Assembly (NCBI GenBank): GCA_963828735.1
Contig: CAWHFW010000002.1
Coordinates: 864,001-928,000, forward strand
Length of the DNA stretch: 64,000 nt
DNA from: an uncultured Gemmatimonadales bacterium
GTDB lineage: Bacteria > Gemmatimonadota > Gemmatimonadetes > Gemmatimonadales > GWC2-71-9
Direction of reading: 5' to 3'
The notes under the pieces are model-generated. The model was not told the DNA's origin. It searched no databases and was given only the letters and a program-made list of their open reading frames with translations. Shown piece by piece: positions 1 to 8,235 of the stretch (position 1 is the stretch's first letter; each line of letters opens with the position of its first letter). A program made the position numbers and the translations under genes.

Positions 1-415
1 TGATGGTGATGTCGAGGGTGTCGGTACCCTCCGTCGCGGGCGTGAAGTCGAACACGTACTTGCCGTTCGCGCGGTCCGCCACGCGGAGCGCGCCGAGGTT
101 GTCCGCACCCGTCAACGTGGCCGTGACTGTATCGCCGCCGGTGAGCAGATCGACGCCGTTGGCATCCTTGGCCTGGACCGTGACTTCCACCGGTACGCCG
201 GTCCCGGTGCTGGCGGGGACGTTCGCCGTGCTGTTGCCGGGGCTCACGGGCGCCCCGGTCGGGGTCGTGACGTCACTCCCGTTGTCACTGCATCCCGCAG
301 TGACGACGGCGACCGTGACGCCGGACCACTTGAGGAAGGTCCGCCGGCTGGACGCACGGGCAACCCGTGCCAGGAAGTCCAGCTCCCGCAGACCTGCATC
401 GAGCCTGTCGAGCAT
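1..415 (-). CDS. Tat-signal lipoprotein with Ig/filamin-like beta domain (3' end runs off the window)
   Basis: Absent from the ORF track. Read by hand from ATG at 415 with upstream CAGGAGG: MLDRLDAGLRELDFLARVARASSRRTFLKWSGVTVAVVTAGCSDNGS...VEVTVQAKDANGVDLLTGGDTVTATLTG...NGKYVFDFTP. Twin-arginine SRRTFLK and lipobox TAGC. Confidence 0.75.
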   Translation of the reverse strand, partial: MLDRLDAGLRELDFLARVARASSRRTFLKWSGVTVAVVTAGCSDNGSDVTTPTGAPVSPGNSTANVPASTGTGVPVEVTVQAKDANGVDLLTGGDTVTATLTGADNLGALRVADRANGKYVFDFTPATEGTDTLDITI

Positions 416-420
416 GTTGT

Positions 421-1344
421 CTACCTCCTGCCTGGCAAAGAGTCCGAGGCGAGCTCCTCTTCGAGCAACGCCTTGTTGATAGCCATTCCAGCCTCAGCGC
501 CTTCCGCCGCGGCGACCACCACGAACTGCGCCTCCTTCGACGCGTCACCGCAGACGTACAACCCCGGCACGTTGGTGGCCTCACACTTGCCGGTTGCGAC
601 AGCTCCCTCCTTCGTGAAGCGGCAGCCCAGGCGAGCCGGAAGCTCAGAGGCCTGCCGCTGGCCGGTGGTGAAGAAGAGGGCGCGCCGAGGTTCCACGGCG
701 CCTCCCTCGAACACGATGCGCTCGAGACGCCCGTCCCGGCCTTCCAGCCGGAGCACCCGCTCTTCGCGCACCCGAATTCCCAAAGCGTCCAGCCGGTACC
801 GCATGCCGGCTTCCATGGTCGCCGGGCCATCCGTGCACAGCAGCACGTCGCGGCTCCAGACCGTGAGGCTCACGGCGAGGCCAGCACCAGCATCGCCCCG
901 TCCGTAGCTCGCGATGGGCTGGTCCCGCCACTCCCATCCGTCGCAGTAGGGACAGTGATGCACACTCCGCCCGTACAGCGACTCGATCCCCTCGATCGCC
1001 GGGAGCTCGTCCACGATACCCGTCGCCAGCAGCAGCTTGCGCGACCGAACGATCGAGCCGTCTTCGCAGCACACCTGGAACCCCTCGTCGTCCCGTGCGG
1101 CGTCCACCACTCGGATGGTCCGTATGGCGACGGTGCTGTAAGGCCGCAGTTGCTCGCGCGCAAGCGCAAGCACCGTGGCCGGCGGTGTGCCGTCCCGCGT
1201 GAGGAAGCCGTGGACGGCGTCGGACCATCGATTGCGCGCCTCGCCGGTATCGCAGACAAGCACCCGGCGTCGGCATCGCCCCAGCATCAGTGCTGCGCTC
1301 AGTCCTGCCGGCCCCGCCCCCACCACGAGGCAGTCGTACGTCAG
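421..1344 (-). CDS. NAD(P)/FAD-dependent oxidoreductase, thioredoxin-reductase-like
   Basis: GAGPAG FAD motif, LLLATG, HCPYCDG redox motif, GLYVCGD. Start uncertain: the track starts at GTG 1326, but in-frame TYDCLVVG suggests a CTG start at 1344. Confidence 0.85.
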   Translation of the reverse strand: MTYDCLVVGAGPAGLSAALMLGRCRRRVLVCDTGEARNRWSDAVHGFLTRDGTPPATVLALAREQLRPYSTVAIRTIRVVDAARDDEGFQVCCEDGSIVRSRKLLLATGIVDELPAIEGIESLYGRSVHHCPYCDGWEWRDQPIASYGRGDAGAGLAVSLTVWSRDVLLCTDGPATMEAGMRYRLDALGIRVREERVLRLEGRDGRLERIVFEGGAVEPRRALFFTTGQRQASELPARLGCRFTKEGAVATGKCEATNVPGLYVCGDASKEAQFVVVAAAEGAEAGMAINKALLEEELASDSLPGRR

Positions 1345-1391
1345 GTCCGGCGACGCGGGACGACGCAGCGCAGACAGGCCGGTGTCGCGCG

Positions 1392-2129
1392 TTAGAGCGG
1401 CGAAGGCAGCTCGCCAGCTTCCATGACCTGCTTGAAGCGGCGCAGGTCATCCGCGATCTGCCGGCCCGGATCGTCACCCAGGGCATGCACGACCGCGTCC
1501 CCTGCCTTTCCCGCAGGGACGGCATATCGCATGACGATGCGCACTTCAGTCCCGCCGCCGTGGGCGGGAGTGAACTGGACCGACCCAGCCTGGTCCACGT
1601 CGGACCCCGGCAGGGATCGCCAGGCGATGAGCTCGTCCGGGATTTCGTTGTGGATCTCCGCGTCCCATTCCACCCGGGCGCCGAGCGGGCCCTTTGCCAC
1701 CCAGTGCGAGCGGCGGCTGTCGAGAATGGTGACCGATTCGAGGTTGTCCATGAAACGCGGCAGGTTGTCGAAGCGCCGCCAGAACTGGAACAACTCATCG
1801 CGCGGGCGCGCGATCACCACCGCCTGCTCCGTCTTGGTCCCTTCTCCCCGCTCGAGCCTGGCAATCCCGCCGGCCGCTACACCGCGCGCGCTGTTCCGTC
1901 CCAGGGCCCGGTTGACCTCGCAGCGGCCGGTGATCGCCCGGCGGAGCAAGCCGAGGCCCAAGGGTACGGCCAAGGTCCTCAGGCGCTTCCGACGGATCCC
2001 GTACCCGACCAGCGCCGCGCCGGCTATGCCGGAAATCCACCGTTCGGTGCGTCCGACATTGATATCGGTCTCACCCCAGGGCGTCGCACCTGCGTCGCCG
2101 GAGGTCGTTGTGCTCCAGACATTTGCCAC
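1392..2129 (-). CDS. SRPBCC (cyclase/dehydrase) family protein with N-terminal YgaP/DUF2892-like membrane segment
   Basis: NVGRTERW...TGRCEV membrane segment; FWRRFDNLPRFM, SHWVAKGPLG, IAWRS, DLRRFKQVME. Confidence 0.85.
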   Translation of the reverse strand: MANVWSTTTSGDAGATPWGETDINVGRTERWISGIAGAALVGYGIRRKRLRTLAVPLGLGLLRRAITGRCEVNRALGRNSARGVAAGGIARLERGEGTKTEQAVVIARPRDELFQFWRRFDNLPRFMDNLESVTILDSRRSHWVAKGPLGARVEWDAEIHNEIPDELIAWRSLPGSDVDQAGSVQFTPAHGGGTEVRIVMRYAVPAGKAGDAVVHALGDDPGRQIADDLRRFKQVMEAGELPSPL

Positions 2130-2284
2130 GAGAAAACATCCTTTCGCTCACTCAATGGTGGGCCGCCGTGGGAACTCCGGCCGTGACGCGGCTCACTCCG
2201 CACCCTCATCCTCGACCAAAGTCCATGGTGCGCCGCATCGTTCAGCGGCGCTGCCCAGGTCGAGATTCTCCAGCCGGCTGCTCC

Positions 2285-3085
2285 TTAGGGTGAGCTCGTG
2301 ACCCCCGATTCCAGAAGGGCCTTCAGGCGTCCGAGGTTCTCGTTCACTTGGGCGCGCGGGTCGCCGCCGAAAAACTCCGCGAGCGCCCGGCTCGCGAGTC
2401 CACGGGGAGGACTGTAGCAGAATCGAAAATCGATCCGCGTCCCCGACCCTTCGGGGGTGAAGCGGACCACGCCCGCGTTCTCCAGAATGGCTCCCGGCTC
2501 GCTGCGCCAGGAGAGAAGCCGCGGCGCGTCTCGCGCGGTGAGGACGGCGTCCCACGAGACCGCGCGGTCGCCCGGGCCCGTCACTACCCACCGCGATCGG
2601 CCGGCGCCCAGGTCCCGCACCTCGCGAATGTTGGACAGGATCAGCGGCAGATTGGCATAGTCCGACCAGAAGGCATACACGCGCTCGAGTGGGGCACTCA
2701 CGTAAAGCGTTTTCTGGATGTCGATCGTGTGCCGACGGTCGCGGGAGGCCGCTGAGGTGAACCCGCCCCGGATGCCGCGCGCCAAGAGGCCGAGGCCGGC
2801 CGAGCGCAGCACTCGGCCGATGCGGCCTCGACGAAGGATGCCGTATGCGAGGAGCAGGCCTCCGGCGACCCGGGCCCTCCGCCGAGCCTCGCTCCGAGGT
2901 TCCGTGAGATTGGCGGCCTCGAGGCCTCCGATGTCGCCGAGCCGCATCCCGTAGCGGCCGTGCGTCTGGAGCAGCCCGAGCTGTCCCCGCAATCGCGCCC
3001 GCCGCTCCGGCCCGCGCTCGCGGTCGAGGAAATAGACCAACCCTGCACCGACGACTGCCCCTCCCACGAACCGTCTCGCTGCCAT
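2285..3085 (-). CDS. SRPBCC family protein (second copy)
   Basis: YFLDRERG..RRA N-terminus; FWSDYANLP, SRWVVTGP, LSWRSEPG, NLGRLKALLE. Confidence 0.8.
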   Translation of the reverse strand: MAARRFVGGAVVGAGLVYFLDRERGPERRARLRGQLGLLQTHGRYGMRLGDIGGLEAANLTEPRSEARRRARVAGGLLLAYGILRRGRIGRVLRSAGLGLLARGIRGGFTSAASRDRRHTIDIQKTLYVSAPLERVYAFWSDYANLPLILSNIREVRDLGAGRSRWVVTGPGDRAVSWDAVLTARDAPRLLSWRSEPGAILENAGVVRFTPEGSGTRIDFRFCYSPPRGLASRALAEFFGGDPRAQVNENLGRLKALLESGVTSSP

Positions 3086-3246
3086 GGCGCCCTCCGAAAT
3101 GAGCCTTCAGACCCTGCAATCGACACCCGCCGCGAAACGGCGGCTGTGACCGATCTCACACTTCGGCGATGGATGGATGGCCATCCGCGCCGCGCTTACT
3201 TTTCACTCGGCCATCCCGGTCCGTCCTCACAAGGAGCCTGCCCCCC

Positions 3247-3612
3247 ATGATGTTGCCCTTCCTGTGTATCGGTCTCGCCGCCGGTGTGTTCTCCGGGCTC
3301 TTCGGAATCGGAGGCGGGCTCTTCATCGTGCCTGCGCTGGTGTTCTTCTCCGGCTTTCCAACGCGGGTCGCGCTGGGCACGTCGCTCGGCGCGCTGCTCC
3401 TGCCGGTGGGGCTGCTCGGGGCGTACACCTACTGGGAAAGCGGGAACGTGAACGTACGGGCGTCGCTCCTGATCGCGGCCGGCCTCACGGCCGGCGCCTT
3501 TGTGGGAGCGCGACTCGCGCAGGTAATCCCGACGGCGATGCTTCAGCGGATGTTCGCGGTCTTCATGGTGATCATGGCCGCCCAGCTCTGGCTCAGCGCG
3601 CGCGCCTCATGA
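3247..3612 (+). CDS. Half-length sulfite exporter TauE/SafE family membrane protein
   Basis: GLAAGVFSGLFGIGGG, ALGTSL; about 121 aa, hydrophobic; AAGGAG RBS upstream. Confidence 0.85.
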   Translation: MMLPFLCIGLAAGVFSGLFGIGGGLFIVPALVFFSGFPTRVALGTSLGALLLPVGLLGAYTYWESGNVNVRASLLIAAGLTAGAFVGARLAQVIPTAMLQRMFAVFMVIMAAQLWLSARAS

Positions 3613-4064
3613 TCGTGACGACCGCTACGTTCGCCCCCGGCGGCCCCATTCCGCGTGCCTGCACGTGCGATGGGGACGACCGCTCTCCGGGCCTCGCCTG
3701 GAACGAGGTTCCGATCGAGACCCGGAGCTTGGCCGTCGTCTGCGACGATCCTGACGCGCCCCACGGCACCTGGGTGCACTGGGTGCTCTTCAACCTCCCT
3801 GCGGACGCCGTCGAGCTGACGCCGGGCGTGCCGCGGCTGCCCGAGCTTCCCTCGGGTGCGCGCCAGGGGGTGAACGACGGCGGCGCCATCGGCTACAGCG
3901 GGCCCTGTCCCCCCCGCGGTGGCCCGCACCGATACTTCTTCCGAGTGTATGCGTTGGACATTTCGCTGAACCTTGCGCCCGGAGCGAGCCGGGCGCATTT
4001 GGATCGGGAGATGACCGGTCATGTCCTGGCGGAGGCCGCCGTGATGGGGACCTACAGCCGATGA
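3609..4064 (+). CDS. YbhB/YbcL family (PEBP / Raf kinase inhibitor-like) protein
   Basis: DDPDAP, WVHWVLFN, YSGPCPP, HRYFFRVYALD; ATGA overlap with the upstream gene. Confidence 0.92.
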   Translation: MIVTTATFAPGGPIPRACTCDGDDRSPGLAWNEVPIETRSLAVVCDDPDAPHGTWVHWVLFNLPADAVELTPGVPRLPELPSGARQGVNDGGAIGYSGPCPPRGGPHRYFFRVYALDISLNLAPGASRAHLDREMTGHVLAEAAVMGTYSR

Positions 4065-4582
4065 GATGGCTGCCGGCTCTCGCCCTTCTCGCCGCCTGCT
4101 CGCACGGCGGCGCGGGGCGGCCGGGGCCGGCGGCGGTCGCCTCCGGCACCCTGCGGGATTCGGCGGGCCAGCGAGTCGGCGTCGCCGCGGTGCTGGACAC
4201 CTCGGGCGCGCTCCAGCTCGCCGTGAGCGTCGGCGGTCTCACGCCGGGCCCTCACGGACTGCACATCCACGAGCATGGCGAATGCACGCCGCCGGACTTC
4301 TCGTCGGCCGGAGCGCACTTCAACCCCGAGCACCGGCAGCACGGGCACCTCAACCCGGAAGGGCCGCACCTCGGAGACCTGTCCAACATCGTCGCCGACA
4401 GTGAGGGATCCGCCGACACGAGCTTCGCCCTCGAGCCCGGCATGGTCGGGGCGGGGCCGCGTTCGCTCACCCGTCCCGGCGGCACAGCGGTCGTGATCCA
4501 TGCCGAGGCCGACGACGAGCGGACCGACCCGAGCGGAAATGCGGGCGCCCGCGTAGCCTGCGCCGTACTCGAGCCGGGCTGA
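4061..4582 (+). CDS. sodC: Cu/Zn superoxide dismutase, lipoprotein
   Basis: Lipobox LAAC; HGLHIH, GAHFNP, HGH, HLGDL, VVIH, GNAGARVAC; full metal-ligand set. Confidence 0.92.
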   Translation: MRWLPALALLAACSHGGAGRPGPAAVASGTLRDSAGQRVGVAAVLDTSGALQLAVSVGGLTPGPHGLHIHEHGECTPPDFSSAGAHFNPEHRQHGHLNPEGPHLGDLSNIVADSEGSADTSFALEPGMVGAGPRSLTRPGGTAVVIHAEADDERTDPSGNAGARVACAVLEPG

Positions 4583-4638
4583 ATGGCCACCCCCGTGGTC
4601 CCGGGCTCCGAGGAGGTTCGCGCGCTCGGGCAGGGCGA

Positions 4639-5676
4639 GTGACGCTCCTCCGCCGGACCGACCGCGGTCTCTACTGCGAGGCCGGGAACTTCTACGTCGA
4701 CCCGTGGGCCGCCGTGGAACGCGCAGTGGTGACGCACGCGCACGGGGATCACGTCGCGTGGGGCTGTGGCGCCTATCTCACCTCGGCCGACGGGGCGCCA
4801 GTCCTGCGGCAGCGCCTCGACCTCTCCGCGCCGATCCGGGGGCTGGCATACGGCCACGCGCTCGACGTGGACGGCGTTCGGCTCTCGCTCCACCCCGCGG
4901 GACATATTCTCGGCTCGTCGCAGGTGCGCGTAGAGCACAAGGGAGAGATCTGGGTCGTTTCCGGCGACTACAAGACGGAGCCGGATCCCACCTGCGCCCC
5001 GTGGGAAGCGGTGCGGTGTCACACCTTCGTGAGCGAATGCACCTTCGGGCTGCCGGTGTACCGGTGGCAGGACACGGCCGCCGTGTTCGGCGACATTCAT
5101 GCCTGGTGGCGCGCCAACCAGGAGGCGGAGAAGACGACGCTGCTTTTCGCCTACGCCCTGGGCAAGGCTCAGCGACTCCTCGCCGGGCTCGATCCCGCGG
5201 TTGGGCCGATCCTCACCCACGGCGCCGTCGAGCGGCTCAATGCCGTGTACCGTGCCGCGGGCGTGGCCTTGCCGCCCACGACCCATGTGGCCGCGTCGGA
5301 TCGCGCGGACTGGAGACGCGCCATCGTGATCGCGCCGCCGTCGACGGACGGCTCGACCTGGGCTCGGCGATTCGGCCCGCAGTCCACGGCCTTCGCGTCC
5401 GGATGGATGGCCATTCGCGGGACCCGCCGGCGGCGCGCGGTCGACCGCGGCTTCGCCATTTCGGACCACGTGGACTGGCCCGGTCTGCTCGCCGCGATCG
5501 ACGCGACGGGCGCCGAGCGGGTGTGGGCCACCCACGGCTACACTGGTGTGCTCGTCCGCTGGCTTCGCGAGCACGGCGTGGAAGCGGACGCGATCGAGAC
5601 CCGGTACGAGGGCGAGCGCGACGACGCCGATGAAGCCGCCGCCGATCCCACCGACGAGACTCTCCCCGCGCGATGA
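4639..5676 (+). CDS. Ligase-associated DNA damage response exonuclease (metallo-beta-lactamase fold)
   Basis: THAHGDH, AGHILGS, SGDYK, ECTFGLP, YALGKAQR, ASGWM, SDHVDW, THG; lies directly upstream of the ligase. Confidence 0.92.
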   Translation: MTLLRRTDRGLYCEAGNFYVDPWAAVERAVVTHAHGDHVAWGCGAYLTSADGAPVLRQRLDLSAPIRGLAYGHALDVDGVRLSLHPAGHILGSSQVRVEHKGEIWVVSGDYKTEPDPTCAPWEAVRCHTFVSECTFGLPVYRWQDTAAVFGDIHAWWRANQEAEKTTLLFAYALGKAQRLLAGLDPAVGPILTHGAVERLNAVYRAAGVALPPTTHVAASDRADWRRAIVIAPPSTDGSTWARRFGPQSTAFASGWMAIRGTRRRRAVDRGFAISDHVDWPGLLAAIDATGAERVWATHGYTGVLVRWLREHGVEADAIETRYEGERDDADEAAADPTDETLPAR

Positions 5677-7302
5677 AAGCGTTCGCCCGCCTCTACGCCG
5701 AGCTCGACGAGACGACGGCCACCAACGAAAAGATCGCCGCGCTGGTCCGCTACTTCGGCCAGGCACCGCCGGCCGACGCGGCCTGGGCCGTGCACTTCCT
5801 GATCGGTCGCCGGCCCAAGCGACTCGTTCGAGCGTCCAACCTTCGCGCGTGGGCGGCCCGAGAAGCCGGCGTGGCGGACTGGCTGTTCGAAGAGAGCTAC
5901 CAGGCCGTCGGTGATCTGGCGGAGACCATGACCCTGCTGCTCCCCGATTCCGCCGCCTCGACCGATCTCTCCTTGGCGCACTGGGTCGAGACGCGTCTGC
6001 TTCCCCTCCGCGATCAGGACGACGCGGCTCAGGCTCGCGAGCTTGCGGCGCGCATGGCGCGAGCTCGGGCGCGGGGAGCGCTACGTCTGGAACAAGCTGA
6101 TCACCGGGAGCTTCCGCGTGGGCGCATCGGCGAGGCTCGTCGTCCGGGCGCTGGCCGGGGTGAGCGGGGTTGACGAGGGCACTATCGCGCATCGGCTCAT
6201 GGGTGCGTGGGAGCCCTCGGCCAGCTTCTTCGAGCGACTGATCGCGGGGGATACCCGCGACGCCGACGTGAGCCGGCCGTACCCGTTCTACCTCGCCTAC
6301 CCGCTCGAGGTGGATCCCGCCTCCCTCGGCGATCCGGACGACTGGCTCGCCGAATGGAAATGGGATGGGATCCGCGCGCAGCTCCTCCGCCGGGCAGGGC
6401 GCACGTTCCTGTGGTCCCGGGGGGAGGAACTCCTGAGCGGCCGGTTTCCCGAGGTGGAAGAAGCGGGGTCGCTCCTGCCCGAAGGCACCGTCATCGATGG
6501 CGAGCTTGTCCCGTGGTCAGGCACGGCGCCGCTGCCGTTCGCGCAGCTGCAGCGGCGCATCGGTCGAAAGACCCTGGGGCGGAAGATCCTCGGCGAGGTT
6601 CCCGTCGTTCTGGTTGCGTATGATCTCCTCGAGGAGCGGGGTGAAGACCTGCGCGACCGAGGCCTCGGCGAGCGCCGCGACCGCTTGGCGCGGCTGCTCG
6701 GCGCCACGCCATCGGCGGGCCGCCTCATCCTGTCACCGGCCGTGGAGGCCTCCGGGTGGCCCGAGATCGAGGCGGCGCGGCGACGCGCGCGCGAGACCGG
6801 CGCCGAAGGCGTCATGCTCAAGCGTCGGGCGAGCGCCTATGGCGTCGGGCGGCGACGAGGCGATTGGTGGAAGTGGAAGGTGGACCCGCATTCGGTAGAC
6901 GCGGTGCTGATGTACGCCCAACCGGGGAGCGGGCGACGCGCGGGCCTCTACACCGACTACACGTTCGGCATCTGGGATGGCGACACGCTCGTTCCGTTCG
7001 CGAAGGCATACACCGGCCTCACAGACGAGGAGATTCGCCAGGTGGACGCCTACGTTCGCCGGAACACCCTCGAGAAGTTCGGCCCGGTGCGCACTGTCCG
7101 ACCCGAGCTCGTGTTCGAGGTCGCCTTCGAAGGCATTCAGCGGTCCACCCGGCACAAGTCCGGACTCGCCGTGCGCTTTCCGCGAATGGCCCGGTGGCGG
7201 ACGGACAAGCGTCCCCAGGATGCCGACACGCTCGAGACGGTTCGGGCCCTTATCGACGACCGCCTCCCGGCCGAAAGCGGAGGAGAGGGCCAAGGAACGT
7301 AA
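5673..7302 (+). pseudogene. ATP-dependent DNA ligase interrupted by a 1-nt insertion at about 6043 (real lesion or sequencing error)
   Basis: The N-terminal part (ESYQAVGDLAET) and catalytic part (EWKWDGIR, DGEL, AYDLL, EGVMLK, WWKWK, LAVRFPR) are in different frames. Removing one T of GAGCTTGCGG joins them as ...QARELRRAWREL... Confidence 0.88.
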
Positions 7303-7373
7303 GGGCCCTCCGCCGACCGCATCCTGATTCGCACCTGGTTACATTCGCAGGGTCCAGCCCTTCGAAAGCGTCG

Positions 7374-8195
7374 ATGCCCGCCTTCATCTGCATCACCTGT
7401 GGCACCCAATACCCGGACAGCGCCGTCCCGCCGGAACAGTGCGTCATCTGCAGCGAAGAACGGCAGTACATCGGCTGGCAGGGCCAGCAGTGGACCACGG
7501 TGGACGAGCTCCGCCTTGGCCACCGGAACCGGGTGGCACCGGAGGGCCCGGGCCTGCTAGGCATCGGAACCGAGCCGAAGTTTGCCATCGGTCAGCGTGC
7601 TCTTCACCTGGCGCATGCCGGCGGCGGCTTCCTGTGGGATTGCATCAGCCTGGTGGATGACGCGACGGTGGCCAGCCTCCGGGAGCGCGGCGGCGTCACC
7701 GGCATCGCGATCTCCCACCCGCACTTCTACTCCGGGATGGTGGAGTGGAGCCGCGCGCTCGGGGACGTGCCGATCTATCTCCATGCAGCGGATGCCGATT
7801 GGGTCGTGCGCCACGACCGGGCGATACGCTTCTGGGACGGCGACACGCGCGAGGTTGCGCCCGGCCTTACGCTCATCCGGTGCGGCGGCCACTTCGCCGG
7901 GAGCACCGTGCTGCACTGGGCCGATGGAGCCGACGGCAGCGGAGCACTCCTCACGGGCGACACGATGATGGTGGGCGAAGACCGCAGAACCGTCGGGTTC
8001 ATGTACAGCTTCCCCAACTACATCCCCGTCAACGCACGTGCGGTGCAGCACATCGGCGCGATGGTCGAGCCGTTCGAGTTCGACCACGTGTACGGAGCCT
8101 GGTTCGGCCGGAACATCCTCTCCGCGGGAAAGGGTGCGGTACGCTACTCCGTCCGCCGCTATCTGCACGCCCTCTCGGATCGTGGACAACCCTAG
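7374..8195 (+). CDS. MBL-fold metallohydrolase with N-terminal Cys-rich Zn ribbon (YmaE-like)
   Basis: CITCG...CVICSEERQY, FAIGQRA, WDC, ISHPHFY, GGHF, TGD, FMYSFPNYIP. Confidence 0.8.
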   Translation: MPAFICITCGTQYPDSAVPPEQCVICSEERQYIGWQGQQWTTVDELRLGHRNRVAPEGPGLLGIGTEPKFAIGQRALHLAHAGGGFLWDCISLVDDATVASLRERGGVTGIAISHPHFYSGMVEWSRALGDVPIYLHAADADWVVRHDRAIRFWDGDTREVAPGLTLIRCGGHFAGSTVLHWADGADGSGALLTGDTMMVGEDRRTVGFMYSFPNYIPVNARAVQHIGAMVEPFEFDHVYGAWFGRNILSAGKGAVRYSVRRYLHALSDRGQP

Positions 8196-8235
8196 CGAGG
8201 ACGGCCGTTACCGGCGTGGCGGCGGTGCGCTGGCG

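Noticed and set aside
3165..3215. Fluoride-riboswitch-like GGCGATGG upstream of TauE
   Set aside because: The pairing partner and the downstream CTGATG element are missing.
6030..6060. Programmed ribosomal frameshift in the ligase
   Set aside because: No slippery sequence or obvious stimulatory element; a simple indel explains it.
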